From positions 4,404,001 to 4,468,000 of the forward strand of contig NC_087438.1 in assembly GCF_036321535.1 (NCBI RefSeq): a stretch of DNA of 64,000 bases. The letters run 5' to 3'. A program made the position numbers and the translations under genes. Below the pieces are notes generated by a model, which saw nothing but the letters and a program-made list of their open reading frames with translations, did not search any database and was not told the DNA's origin. The stretch comes from Camelus dromedarius (taxonomy: Eukaryota). Numbering within the stretch: position 1 is the first letter of the stretch; each line of letters opens with the position of its first letter. This document shows positions 1 through 12,984 of this stretch, in pieces.

Positions 1-952
1 TGCCTCAGTCTTTTTATCAAGAAGATTTGGGGAGTGAAATACAAACAGCTGGGGTGGGGGTGGTGTGTGAATGAGCATCTTACAGGATGTCAGAATAACG
101 GAAGCAAACAGAACCATATTGGACATGAACTTCAGGTTAAAACCCAAGGAGAACATGAGACCTGAATGCCCCACAGAGGGACGGGACGCAGGAGGGGCTG
201 AGCCTCTGCGTCCTGGGGTGCTGGCTGCCTGGAGGGGAGCCCGCCCGGGCCAGCCTGTTTTCCCTCAGCGCCTGCTAGCAAAGCCCTTCCCTGGCGGGTT
301 CTGTGTCTCCCACGCACCCGAACCAGATGCATCTCTGTTTGGTCCCTTGCCCTCAGAGGGCCCTCCGGTCCTCACCTGGTGGTCCGGGGGAGAGAGCAGT
401 GCTTGGTGGGAGTTAAGCCCACCTTCCTGACCAGCCCTGATGATCAAGTGAAGTGAAGCATTATCTGTAGGAGTTTAATGAGCTGCTGTGTGTGAAGGTG
501 GTCACACCACTGACAGTGCGCTCGTGGACAGAAGCCACACGGGGGACCTGGCTATTCAGGGCGCTCCCCGTCAGTCAAAGCTCAACGCGCACTTGTAAGC
601 TGCTCAGCTGTCTGGACAGCACGTCCCACCTCATTGTCCCCTTCTTGCCCTTTCAGCCCCCTCTGCCCCCCTCCCCAACCTTGGCTGGTGCTGGGTGGGG
701 CCCCTGGCGGGCAGCAGGCCTCCCCCTGTAAACTGCCCATTCTCCAAATTGATGTATGAGGTCTGGGCTTTCCCTCAAGGTTACTCCTGGCTTCCAGTCA
801 CTGAAGGGACACTCACCTCTCCCCCTCTGGTGTGAACATCACCTCCACAGCCACACGTGTGCATATGCAGACACACGGATGTTCATGTACAGACACACAT
901 GCACCTGGGCACAGGGGCTGCACACACGTGCACAGGCAAGGACGCATGAATG

Positions 953-981
953 CACACACACACACACACACGCACACACAC
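953..981. repeat. (CA)n microsatellite within a longer CA/TG-rich tract
   Basis: cacacacacacacacacacgcacacacac. Confidence 0.95.
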
Positions 982-1229
982 GGTAAGAGCTGTGGAATCA
1001 AATCAGTGCCTTTCCACTCCCGAATTCTTCTCTTTGATGTGTCACTGGACCAGATCCAGTACAAGTTCTTCCCTCGCTAGTCAGTGGCTGCAGCGTCATT
1101 GTTTTGATTTGGGAACAAGTTTCTTTGAAGCAGCCTCTTCTGTTGTAGAGTCTTATCTGTCCTTTAGTGCCTGTAAGTTGATCTGCTTTGAATGGTAGAC
1201 CTTAAAAGAGAAGTGAGAAATAATCTCCA

Positions 1230-1393
1230 AGGATGTATTGTACAACACAGGGACTGTAGGAAACATTTTATAATACCTGTAAGTGGAGTATGACCTTTAA
1301 AACTTGTGAATCACTATATTGTACACCTGTAACTTATATAATGCTGTACATCAACTATACTTCAATTTTAGAAATTCTCAAAAAAAAAAAAAA
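1230..1393 (+). mobile_element. L1 3'-end fragment with poly(A) tail
   Basis: gaatcactatattgtacacctgtaacttatataatgctgtacatcaactatacttcaat followed by an A-run, typical of an L1 3'UTR terminus. Confidence 0.85.
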
Positions 1394-1443
1394 GGAGAAA
1401 TCATTGCTGTCTTTCCGAGCAAGTCTCCTTTCAAAGATGCCTC

Positions 1444-1469
1444 TGTGTGTGTGTGTGTGTGTGTGTGTG
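1444..1469. repeat. (TG)n microsatellite
   Basis: Pure TG run. Confidence 0.97.
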
Positions 1470-1956
1470 CATCTTCCTGAAGCCCAAGTCCAGCATGTGT
1501 CCCATCTGAGCTTCTCCTCCAGAGAGTGGTGTCATGGAGAGAGTCTAAACTGAGCCCAGCACATGCCTGAAGCCTGCGCTGGAGGAGCTAGGGTGTGTGA
1601 GTGCTTTTAGACTAACAGTTACACCTTCAGAGACTTTAAAAGCAAGTAGCAGCCCTATAATTCAGCCCAGGAAATGAGTGAAGGAGTCTCAAAACTATAC
1701 GAGGAGTCTGGAAATTCTAACTATTTTTAAAGGAGCAGAAGCCTGTAATTCATGGGTGAGTGAAACACAAAAATGGCACAAAAGTATGTTTGCAAAGAAA
1801 AAATACAGTAAAGAGAAAAATCTAACCAAGTGAGAAATAGCAAATGAACATATTTATGTCAACCTATTAGAATGACATTATTGAAAAGGCTGAGAAATTA
1901 ACCCTATAGATACAAAATATTGGATTTGCCTGAAGACATTTTGGTGACCAAATAAC

Positions 1957-2439
1957 CAACAGACGAATGGATAAAGAAGATGTGGTGTATATATACAATG
2001 GAATATTACTCAGCAATAAAAAAGAATGAAATAGTGCCATTTGCAGCAACATGGATGGACCTAGAAATTATCATACTGAGTGAAGTAAGTCAGAGGAAGA
2101 CAAATATCATATGATATCACTTCCATGTGGAATCTAAAATATGATACAAATGAACTTATTTACAAAACAGAAATAGACTCACAGACATAGAAAACACAAT
2201 TATGGTTACCAAAGGAGAAAGATGGGGAGGGATAAATTAGGAGTTTGGAATTAACAGATACACACTACTGTATATAAAATAGATAAACAACAAAGACTTA
2301 CTGTAGAGCACAGGGAACCATATTCAATATCTGGTAATGGCTCATAATGGAAAAGAATATATATATAACGGAATCATTTTGTTATATACCTGAAACTAAC
2401 ACAACATTGTAAGTCAAGTATACTTCAATTACAAAAAAA
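1957..2439 (+). mobile_element. L1 3' end (ORF2 C-terminus plus 3'UTR), part of a TSD-flanked composite insertion 1657-2435
   Basis: gaatggataaagaagatgtgg...gcagcaacatggatggacctag (WIKKMW...FAATWMDL), 3'UTR and A-tail. Confidence 0.92.
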
Positions 2440-4449
2440 GCAAGTAGAAAGAACAGCCCTGGACTGTCAGGGACCTAGGGTGGACAGAGCCATCCCCTTC
2501 TTCTTGGAGCAGTGGACACCCCAAGGGCATTTCAGCAAGAACAGCTCGGCCACCCAGTGATTCACTGGGTGAGACTTAAACAGCCAATCCGAGGAGGACA
2601 GACAATCTATGAAAAGATATTTGTTAGCTGCGAACTTGGGTGCAAGACAGGAGGCGAGAGGGGTTCTTTGTGGCCAGCTGCGTACGGTGAGGACGCTGAG
2701 ACCGCGGACTGGCATTCACGCTCTGTCTCCCGGCTGCTGAATTGACTGAGTGGTGGGGTTTTGTGTTCATAATTCTTCCCAGGAAGAAGACGCAACAAAG
2801 GCCAGTCTGTTCCTTTGGGGTTTTGTCTGTTGTTTTTTGTAACAATTGCGACTTTCACAAAGAATAAGCAAAGTATTTGTACATGCCAAAAGCGTCAGAA
2901 TATTTCGAGATTATTGTGAGCCTCTATTTGTCTGGAGGCTTTTAGTTCGAATTCTCAGGTCATACCATAAATTTTCAGTATTATAGAAAAGAATGATAGA
3001 ATTTGCATTTAATGCAAAAAAAATCAGCCTTGACATTTGCTCCCACTTATGTAGAAATTGATGGCGACATTCCTGCAAATATACATTTGCTTATGTTTAA
3101 TGAAATAACATTGGACTTTGATCTGGACCCACGTGATGATTATTATAAACATGTTAGGTTTTTGTGGTCTCTTTTAATCAGGTGTAATTGCACCACATAA
3201 GCAAAGCAGGAGAGACGTGGGGAAGTTTCTAGAAGTCAGTAAATGGTGGTTTCCTTTCTTCTTTTCTGATTTTCCTTCACTCTTTAGCAGCTAATTAGAA
3301 GAAGCAGTACGTCCCTTAATCAGCAATGGAACAGTTCAGCCAGACAGAGGTCCAGAGGGGCAGGGAAACGCAGCAGATCTGGGCTTCTGGCTCCTCAACT
3401 GAGCCTTGGTCTGAGTCTCCACCGTTGGAAAGACGGATATTGGAAAGGAGCTGTAAGCTCTGAATTTAAACATGTGAAGCAGCCTTCCATTCCTGTTTGG
3501 GAGGGACTGGTGCCATTCTCCCCATGAATCAGGATGTCTTAGTGGTGGGCTATGAGAGAGAGCTGGGGTTGGGGGATCTTTCCCACCAAGCCACACAGAC
3601 CTGGGTGGCTGCCACCCTCACTGCCTGTCCAAAGGGATGGGTATGCAGCATGACCCGGTGAGGCCGCCAGTGGTGGGGCCTGGTTCCCTTCCGGGTCCCC
3701 TTACATAGACAGCACAGGTCCGCAGTGTGCTGTGACAGAAATAGTCCATGTGGGGAATGCCCAGGGCCTGTTGAGAGAGCATCATTAGCGTGCTCAGAAA
3801 CATCAGGAGACCATTGAGAGCAGTGTGAGTGCGCCTGTGAGTGGATGAAATTCAGGGTGTTTCCATCCCACCTACAAAACACGTGCATGAGATGCTCGGG
3901 AAGGCGGGCGAAGGGAAGTCAGGTGCGAGGAAATGTGCCCGGAAGGGCGGTTGCAGGAGATGGGCCGTCAGGAGGCGTCGTGGAGAACGGCTGAGCCTGG
4001 AGTGAGAGACAGCGCTCCCCTGACTGAGGGTCCAGCACCGCCCAACTTCCCCTGGTCCTCAGTCTGCCCACCCCCTCTGCTGCCAAGTAAACCCCATTGC
4101 CCAGGGCTCTCTGGAGAGTGATGGCCAGAGACACGGCCACCTCGGTGCTGCCCGCTGGCTCCTTCTCGCTGCTGGTCTAGGGTCCCTGTGCCCACCCTCA
4201 GATGAATCAGACCTTCTTGTCACCGCAGACCCAAATGCTCCGACTTTCAGCCCAGAGCACACCCAGTCACTGCGAGGGGAGCAGACCTGTCCCCATGGCC
4301 CTCACTCAACAGCAGAGATTGTATGAGGAAGCACTGGCCCTCAGCTTGACCCCATCCCTGGGACTCAAGGACAGGCTTCTGTCTCCATGCAAAAGGCTCC
4401 ACCATCTTTTCAGAAACTGGTTCCCTTGTGACATGAATTACAAGAAAGC

Positions 4450-6520
4450 CACTATCCAAATTGGAAAAGAAGAGGTAAAAGTGTCACTATATGCTGACAA
4501 CATGTTACTATATACAGAAAACCCTAAAAGGTCCACACAAAAACTACCAGAACTAATCAAAGAATTCAGCAAGGTAGCAGGTTACAAGATTAACGTTCAA
4601 AAATCAGTTGCATTTCTTTACACTAATGATGAATCAACAGAAAAAGAAAGTAAAGAAACAGTCCCCTTTAAAATAGCACCCAAAGTAATAAAATACCTGG
4701 GAATAAATCTAACCAAGGAGGTGAAAAACTTATACACAGAGAACTATAAAACACTGATGAAAGAAATTAAAGAAGACTTTAAAAAAATGGAAAGATATCC
4801 CATGCTCTAGGGTTGGAAGAATCAATATTGTTAAAATGGTCACACTGCCCAAGGCAATCTACAGATTTAATGCAATCCCTATCAAATTACCCAGGACATA
4901 GTTCACAGAACTAGAACACATCATAACAAAATTTATATGGAACCATCAAAGACCTAGAATTGCCAAAGCATTACTGAAGAAAAAGAAAGAGGCTGGAGGA
5001 ATAACTCTCCCAGACTTCAGAAAATACTATAGAGCTACAGTCATCAAGACAGCATGGTATTGGTACAAAAACAGACATATGGACCAATGGAACATAATAG
5101 AGAGCCCAGAAATGAACCCACAAACTTTTGGTCAACTCATCTTCGACAAAGGAGGCAAGAATATACAATGGAAGAAAGACATTTCTCTTCAGCAAATGGT
5201 GTTGGGAAAACTGGACAGCAGCATGTAAATCAATGAATCTAGAACACTCCCTTACACCATATACAAAAATAAACTCAAAATGGATCAAAGACTTAAACAT
5301 AAGACAAGATACAATAAACCTCCTTGAAGAAAATATAGGCAAAACATTATCTGACATACATCTCAAAAATGTTCTCCTTGAACAGTCTACCCAAGCAATA
5401 GAAATAAAAGCAAGAATAAACAGATGGGACCTAATGAAACTTACAGGCTTCTGCACAGCAAAGGAAACCAAAAGTAAAACAAAAAGACAACCTACGGAAT
5501 GGGAGAAAACTTTTGCAAATGAAACTGACAAAGGCTTGATTTCCAGAATATACAAGCAGCTCAGATGACTTAATAAGAAAAAAACAAACAACCCAATCCA
5601 AAGATGGGCAGAAGACCTAAACAAGCAATTCTCCAAGGAAGACATACAAATGATCAATAGGCACATGAAAAAATGCTCAATATCACTAATTATCAGAGAA
5701 ATGCAAATCAAAACTACAATGAGGTATCACCTCACACCGGTCAGAATGGCCATCATTCAAAAGTCCACAAATGACAAATGCTAGAGAGGCTGTGGAGAAA
5801 AGGGAACCCTCCCACACTTCTGGTGGGAATGCAGTTTGGTGCAGCCACTGTGGAAAACAGTATGGAGATTCCTCAAAAGACTAAAAATAGACTTACCATA
5901 TGACCCAGGAATCCCGCTCCTGGGCATATATCCAGATGGAACCCTACTTCAAAATGACACCTGCACCCCAATGTTCATAGCAGCACTATTTACAATAGCC
6001 AAGACATGGAAACAGCCTAAATGTCCATCAACAGATGACTGGATAAAGAAGAGGTGGTACATTTATACAATGGAATACTATTCAGCCATAAAAACTGACA
6101 ACATAATGCCATTTGCAGCAACATGGATGTCCCTGGAGAATGTCATTCTAAGTGAAGTAAGCCAGAAAGAGAAAGAAAAATACCATATGAGATCACTCAT
6201 ATGTGGAATCTAAAAAAAAAAATCATAAATACAAAACAGAAACAGACTCATAGACATAGAATACAAACTTGTGGTTGCGAAGGGGGTGGGGGGTGGGAAG
6301 GGCCAGATTGGGATTTCAAAATGTAGAATAGATAAACAAGATTATACTGTATAGTACAGGGAAATATATACAAGATCTATGTGGTAGCTCATAGAGAAAA
6401 AAATGTGACAATATACATATGTTCATGTAGAACTGAAAATTTGTGCTCTACACTGGAATTTGACACAACATTGTAAAATGATTATAACTCAATAAAAAAA
6501 TGTTTAAAAAAGAAAAAGAA
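4450..6520 (+). mobile_element. 5'-truncated, relatively young L1: defective ORF2 from the RT domain to the C-terminus, 3'UTR and A-tail
   Basis: [20 protein letters not shown] (YADD motif changed to YADN). Frameshifts near 4785 and 5170, in-frame stops near 4898, 5566 and 5782. Ends ...KYHMRSLICGI*, then AATAAA and A-rich tail at ~6491-6520. Confidence 0.97.
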
Positions 6521-7046
6521 AGTTGCCCCTGAGCTTGAAAGTAAAAAGTCAGAGTTTTAAGATGTATGTGTGAATATATATACACATCTATATATAAACA
6601 CATACCCCTACTGCTGCAGGAGAGGAACTGGGAGCTATAATTAAAGGCATTCTGTGGTGGGAGGAAAGGGGAGTTAGAACAATATTTTGCCTCCAGGACA
6701 ACACACTCTGTTCTGCATTGATGCTCTTTTGATAAAGCTGATCCTCCCAGCGCGGTGCGGGAGCGGGAGCGGGGCCGCCTTCCAGCATCAGGGACGGAGC
6801 GCCTTCCGGGGAGGAAGCCAGTGCCGGAGTCTGTGAAGACAGCAGCCCGTCTGTCCCTTCCTCCCTGAAAAGCTTGCCGACCACTGGACTCCGCCATCTG
6901 CTTTGTACCAAAGCTGTGATGTTCCGTGTCTCTCCTTACATCGGATTGATTCAGAAATCCCCGCCGCTTTGTGGGTCTGTAACAGAGAGGGCGGGAATCA
7001 GGATACTGCTGGGTTCTAACCTGGTCTTTCTATTCCTCTCATGCAG

Positions 7047-7178
7047 GGGCGGATCTGTAGAAAAGCCGGCAAATCAAAAAAGTCCTTCAGTCGCAAGGAA
7101 GCTGAAGCCACCTTTAAGAGTTTGGTGAAGACTCACGAAAAATACGGCTGGGTGACCCCGCCCGTCTCTGATGGCTGA
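7047..7178 (+). CDS. UBE2QL1: Ubiquitin-conjugating enzyme E2Q-like 1, coding part of terminal exon
   Basis: Pyrimidine tract plus CAG acceptor at 7044-7046. Manual translation gives GRICRKAGKSKKSFSRKEAEATFKSLVKTHEKYGWVTPPVSDG* (TGA 7176-7178), matching the recalled UBE2QL1 C-terminus. Position relative to NSUN2 matches human gene order. Confidence 0.96.
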   Translation, partial: GRICRKAGKSKKSFSRKEAEATFKSLVKTHEKYGWVTPPVSDG

Positions 7179-9932
7179 TGTCTGCGACATGCATTAGACG
7201 CTTAAGCCACCTCTCCACTCACACAGATACCCGACATCTCCTCCCCCACGCTGAGCATCCTTCATCCTTTTTTACTACAGCCAGAACTGAATCCTGAATG
7301 CCAAGGACACGTCTAAGTTATTTATGATCAGATGTGTTTACAGAGAGAAAGAGGGAGCAAACGCTGTTCGGGATTAAGTTTCGATTATAAATGAATGATC
7401 ATCCCTAAGTCACTTTAGAACAAATGTCGAGAAGGCGACATCCCCCATCCGCCTGCCCCTCCCCCAGCCCATCACTTTGCTCTCAGCTTCTTCCCATGAC
7501 AGCAGCTCCAAAGAGCAGGCAGGAAACTCAACGCCCCTTGCTCCACCCGTTTACACGTAAGTGGCACCGTTCACATGTAATAGGTACGGCCCGCGTCGCC
7601 GGCACATGTTCGCTGGGCTCCCTGTCTCTTTCTCTCCCTGGCAGGTCGACGTAACTTGAAGACACGTCTTTCTGTGGCCCTGTTCTAGTGATTTAAAACC
7701 ACAACTGCCCACTTGGTTACAACGTGCTCCCAGCGCTGGTGCCAGCGCCCTGGGGTGAGGGTGGGGGTGCTCAGGCCGGGAGGGCGCACACATGGTGCAG
7801 ATGCCGGGGCGGGCTCCCTGGGGCTCAGAGCATCCTCGGCGGTCGGATGCAGACAGTCTCTTCCGTTATCCTGAAATGCTCCTACGACCTTTGTGTCCCT
7901 GTCTTCTCGCTGCTGGTCAACCTACCACCAAAAGCAAAAGACAATGTCCCATTTGATGAAGTCACCTGACTCATTTTCTTATGTGTGCTCGTGACAGGGA
8001 ATGCGAGAACTGCCAAAGGAGGCCCGGTGACCGTACGACGATTTGCATGACCCAGTAGTCACTGTTGTGTCCCCGAGGCTGGGATGCGTGAGTGCCCTCG
8101 CTATGATATAAACTTCTGTTATTTATCTCCCCACAATTTCATTTTCTCTTTTGTTCAGTTACTTAGAACTTTCTAAGAAACTCCATGAAATGAGGAAACA
8201 CTGTTTATAATAATGTGCGGAAAGAGGTTAAATGTTCATTCCAAGTGGAATAATCTTATTGGACACATTTGAAATAAAATCATGCATACCTGACACACGG
8301 CCTCACGGATCCAGTCATTGTGGGCTATCCTGCCATCTAAAAGAGTTCAGCTGTTTTTTTTTTAATTTAATATTTCAAATAACATGACAGCCTCCTGCCA
8401 CAAGGTGCAGGAAAAGGGTCTTAGGAAGCCATGGTCTTTGCAAAACTCCAGTGGATTAAAATGTCCCCAGAAGCAACCAGGGAGACAAGTAGAAACTGAC
8501 TGGAAGAACTAAGGGATGATTTGGCCAAACTCGAATGTTGCCGGTTATATTTTACCACTTTGAAGGAAGAGGAGTTTTCTTTGCTGATCACATTAAATTC
8601 TTCAGGCAGTGTTGGGCACTTACAGACCTGTTCACTGGTCCAAGGTGATCAGAGATCTGAATGACCTCACCTCAAAGGACAGGGGTCAGCTCCTCCCAGC
8701 ACGATTAGTCATTCACCAAATTGACCCTTTATTGCCACTTTTTTTTTTTTTTTTTTTGCAACTTTCTTATGTGCCCCAGATACACATGTGGTTCTGTCTG
8801 GCCGAAATGCTTGACCTCCTGCTCGAGTTCCCTCTAAGTAATAATAGTCATGAAATTCGATGACAATGAACTTAAAGCGTCCATTCACCTGATCCTCTGC
8901 TGCGGAATTCTCCATCCTGGAAACCTGATGGTTAATGGATGGCCTTGGGCCCTTGGGCTCTTTGTTGTGCTGGAATTACAGGGTGGGTGTTAAAGGTCTA
9001 GGACAGAAACACTGGCTAGGGAGAGCACCTGAGTTTCTTTCTTTCTAGAGAGTTTCCTTTTCCAATTTCAGAGTAAAGATAACTTTCTTTTAGGAACATA
9101 GTTATATACTTGGAGAGAGAGCTATAAACCCGAAGCTGGGTCACTTCAGTGCTGGTCATCAGCTGACTGAAGAACGTGGCCAGAGCTGTTTCGGGTGTAA
9201 CCAGGAGGTGACTGATAACCTAAGGGTGGAATAGGTTACTGCCAACAGCAAGGGTGAGGCAGGCCTTTGGCTTAATTTCAACCTCTCTTACACCCCAAAT
9301 TTGACTTCTTTTGCATGGCATTCCCATTAGGTTTAGTAGAAACTGAAACTTATGGAGGAAATGGTAGTGAAGGAAATATCATTTCTCACTTAAATTGGTA
9401 TGACTTTCTCATTCTAAAAGCAGCAGGGAATCATTTAAAAGTCAACTAGTGTTTTGACTCTTAGTCAGAAGCAGGAACTCCCTTCCTGGTGGCTGGAGGC
9501 AGACGCCGCGGCGTTGGTCCAACAGCAGAGCCAGGCCATGGACGTTTCCTGATGGCCCCGCATGTGGGGCCTGCCTGCCTCTGGAGCCCGGGGTCACGTT
9601 CCCACGCAGGCCAAGAAAGACAGCCCTCTCCAGACCAACAGCAGGACAGTGATGGGGTGGTGTGCAGACGTGCACATCCCACCAGCTCCACACCCCGCTT
9701 ATCGATGGGGACTTGGATCCAGCCAGTGGCCACAGAACAGAGGGAAGGAAAAATACAGACGCACGCATGCGTCCGTGACCAGCCAGTGGTTTTCTTGGAC
9801 AGACTGCCTTTGCTCCTGGGTGTCCCCTCCACAGCCGGCCCAGGGCAGTGCATGCCACCAGCATGGGCTCACTGGCTCTAGGACGATCACGAATGACTTC
9901 TGCTTAAGGAGGCCTCTGTGAGCAGTAGGTTC

Positions 9933-10002
9933 CACACGCACATAGACACACACACACACGCACACACACATGCCAACACGCACACGCGCACACACACACA
10001 CA
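9933..10002. repeat. Imperfect (CA)n microsatellite in the UBE2QL1 3'UTR
   Basis: CA repeats with CG and TA interruptions. Confidence 0.9.
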
Positions 10003-10129
10003 TTCCCTAGAAGACTCTCAATCTCTAAAATGTGTAACTCAGAAAGAAACAGGGTTTAGGCCTAAATTTTTCCAGCTCCCAAGTTCCCTCTATTTATCAG
10101 AATTCAATCTTATTTTTGGAGAGAAAAAA

Positions 10130-10320
10130 TCTGTGGCTTGGTGAAAAGGACCCAATGTAGAAAAGCAGATCTATGGACGCCTGCCGTGTCCGTGTGACTC
10201 TGGGGAGGTGGTGGGGGGGGGGTCCCTTCACCTGCATGAGCCTTAGTTTCCTTGGCTGTAAAATCCTACCAGGCTGGTGAGAGAATTGATTTAAACAAAG
10301 AAGGAAAGTGCTTGGGAACC
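10130..10320 (+). mobile_element. Degenerate MIR SINE
   Basis: tgtgactctgggg...cacctgcatgagccttagtttccttggctgtaaaat resembles the MIR core. Confidence 0.55.
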
Positions 10321-12662
10321 AAAACTTTTCATATGAAATTTACACGTGATTTTATAGTATGCGGAAATATATTAAAAAACTGGCTTTCAGTAGCTCACAC
10401 TTGGATGAAGGCTCAGATTCGGCAATTACAATGGTTCAGATGCAATTACCTTGTAATCATACACTGGCTTTCTGTCCCCAACCCCCTACCTTAAGGCAAT
10501 CAAACGAACTTAGTGACCTTCTCTTACCCACTCAGATACAGGGAACGTAGACGTTAAAGACCCGGCTTCTCCCTGGAGGAACTCCCGAGATGAGAATAAT
10601 GCATGGCGACAAGGAACGAGCGGCGCACACCAAAGGCAGCCGAATGCTCCGTTGTGTTGCAGCCTCTGGGGCTGTGGTGCAGGCCCAGGGGCTCCCGGAC
10701 CCGTGACTAGGGGAGACTCCACAGAGGGAGTCCGGTCTGAGTGATGGCTGGGCAGGAGGGAAGGGCAGGTGTAGGGCACGGTCTCCATCGACACCGGCCC
10801 TGGAGGGGACAGCTGGGTGGCCACTTGCCACTACTCCCCTGCAAGGGCCCTGTCTGTCTGTGGATCCGATTTCAGGAGGCAGGACGCTGTCCCACCTCAC
10901 AGCTTAACCATGGCCTGTGGGGCTGCCTCTTTCCCTAAAAATTGGATTTCTGTGTTTTATCTGAACTCTCTTAGCAGCAAGAATCGCAATGGAATTTGCT
11001 TTCTAAAGAAGCAAGGTGGCTTCCCAGCTGAAGTGCGGGTGGGCCCACTGACTCAGGGAGGCACTTAGCCTAACTGTGTGCACTTGCCAGGGAGGCAGCA
11101 AGCAGAGAGAGGTTCAGTGGCTTTTCCAAAGTCAGCTGAGAGGGGAAGCCACGGCCAGTCTTGGTAGTGCTTTCCGACCCTCCATGGACCGCCTGGCAAT
11201 TCACGTGACCACACCCAAGCACACACCTTTGAGCCCACAGTTGGCTCTGAAGAGCCACAGGTCTCCCAAGCTGACTGGGAATCACCCGGAGTGATCCTCT
11301 CTGTGCATCAGGCAAGCCGGTGCAAAAGGCAGCTCCCACGCCCTGTTCTGGGGAGCTGTGATGAGGGGCTTGGAGCTCAACCCATGTGCTCACAATCAAT
11401 ACTTTTTTTCCTTCCAAAGACATGAAAGTAATATACAGCCGCATTCCTTAGCTTTATAGTATGTTCTACCTTATCTGTTGAATTTTTGCAGCCTCCAGTT
11501 TACACAGTATTGAGTTTCACTCAATCCCAGTGCCCATCTGACCCACAGGATGTGACCAACGAACTGGAAAGGCCAAATAAACACAGTTGACATCAGGAAA
11601 GGCAATGAGCAATGTTAGCTCGGTTCCAGAAGAAACACAGGAATGAAGTGAGCTGTCCCAAGAGTATTTGAATAGAGTGGAGATCCAAAGGGAAGCCAGA
11701 TTTTATTGTGAGGTCACAGTAGGGCTAGACAAATAGCAGAGTGGCCCTGGGGGAAGTCTGGTTCCAAGGTCATCCTCTCGGGTCAGTAAGGCAGTATGTG
11801 GTGAGGAAATAAATAACTTTCCACTGCAGATTCACTCTGTCTGTCCTGCAGGGTTAAAACAAGGAGACGCTTCCCCATTTCTTCCCCTGGAGGTCAATTG
11901 ATTGGCTGCCCTATTTAGTGTCTCTAGATCTTGGGTGACCACTGGTGATGACATGAATTGAGCTAAAATAGAGCTGCTGTAACCTGATGTGCTTGGTTTC
12001 ACTTCCTGCTTGTCCCTTCTACCAACGTGATCTTTTTTCATGAGTGTCATCAGGGTTATGACCATGGTAAGATGCTAATCCACATGCCATAGGCTACTTA
12101 GTGCAAACTCTCAAGACTGTCACCACAATGAACGTTGAGGCTTTGGTGTATAGTCTTTCCAAAGTTGTCCTAGTCTGTGATCCTCAAACGGAGAGGCAGG
12201 AGTTGCATGGACCATAAAATCAATAGGAAAGAAACGTCGACGATTGGAAGAGGGTGCATGCTTGAGTCACAGAATCTAGAGGCACTGTCCTCGTGGGCAA
12301 ATGATGATTCTGAAAAGAAAGGCGTGAAAGCCAATAACTGTCTTTCCACAGAATGTTTGTTGCATCCTTGCATGGTCTGTGTTCCGTATCTGTCAGAATT
12401 TCCCTGGGTTTCCGTATGTGTTATCCTCTGTGGTCCATTGTGGGGGGCCCTCTGTCTCGTGGTGCCCTCCGACTTTTTGTGCTTTGATTTATCTGTGGTT
12501 TGCCAAATGAAAACTTTGACGCATGTCACGGGTATTCACTATAAAAATCAATGAACCGCAACTGAACCAAATCTAACTAAGCACCCATGTGACTTAGAAG
12601 ATTTCTCTCTCAGCTGCCATATACATTTTAAAGATTTGTAAACATGTTTGCCGAAGATTCCC

Positions 12663-12668
12663 ATTAAA
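12663..12668 (+). terminator. Candidate distal polyadenylation signal (ATTAAA) for UBE2QL1
   Basis: ATTAAA about 25 nt after tttgtaaac (UGUA element), with T/GT-containing sequence downstream. Alternative AATAAA sites are at 8273, 11576, 11808 and 13652. Confidence 0.4.
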
Positions 12669-12984
12669 GTTTCTCAACCTAATTGAAATTGTATGCTTAG
12701 CACAATGCTATGGCCTACACTAATACTGAATTACAGAGACACTTTTCTGGAAAAACTGCTATCAAGCAGTAATTTTGGAAAGTGACAATTTTCACATACC
12801 ATTAGCTCCACTTATTTAAAAGGTCAGCCAACTTTTCACACTAGGAGATAAGTTGGCTGTCCGTTTTTTATTCTAAACGGTTTATCAGAGAAATTTCTTG
12901 GCCCTTGTGTCAATATTTGAGACTGTTTTCTGATCAAAACACATTTTTCTTTTCAAATCTGAAAATGGGACCATTTTAGTATTG

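Larger units (their letters stand above)
1..7046 (+). other. UBE2QL1: 3' part of the large UBE2QL1 intron; upstream coding exon lies outside the window
   Basis: Ends in CAG before the terminal exon. No upstream UBE2QL1 coding sequence was seen in 1-7046. Confidence 0.85.
7179..12690 (+). other. UBE2QL1: Long 3'UTR of UBE2QL1 (end approximate)
   Basis: Follows the stop codon. End inferred from ATTAAA at 12663-12668 with an upstream TGTA, and from the recalled ~5 kb human UTR. Confidence 0.55.

Noticed and set aside
4202..4810. 202-aa ORF joining unique sequence to an RT fragment, a possible domesticated gene
   Set aside because: Chance read-through into a truncated L1. The catalytic motif is YADN, the frame shifts near 4785, and there is no promoter or splice support.
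4971..5711. 246-aa - strand ORF
   Set aside because: It is the antisense of L1 ORF2; such hydrophobic antisense ORFs are a common artefact.
4442..6525. Possible TSD of the young L1 (aagaaagccac vs aagaaagttgc)
   Set aside because: Only 7 identical A-rich bases; cannot be told apart from the tail, so not asserted.
6874..7128. 84-aa ORF over the UBE2QL1 exon
   Set aside because: Wrong frame; the real frame starts at the acceptor at 7047.
11500..12170. Possible ancient LTR within the UBE2QL1 3'UTR
   Set aside because: Only a vague resemblance; I could not identify termini, a TSD or a family.
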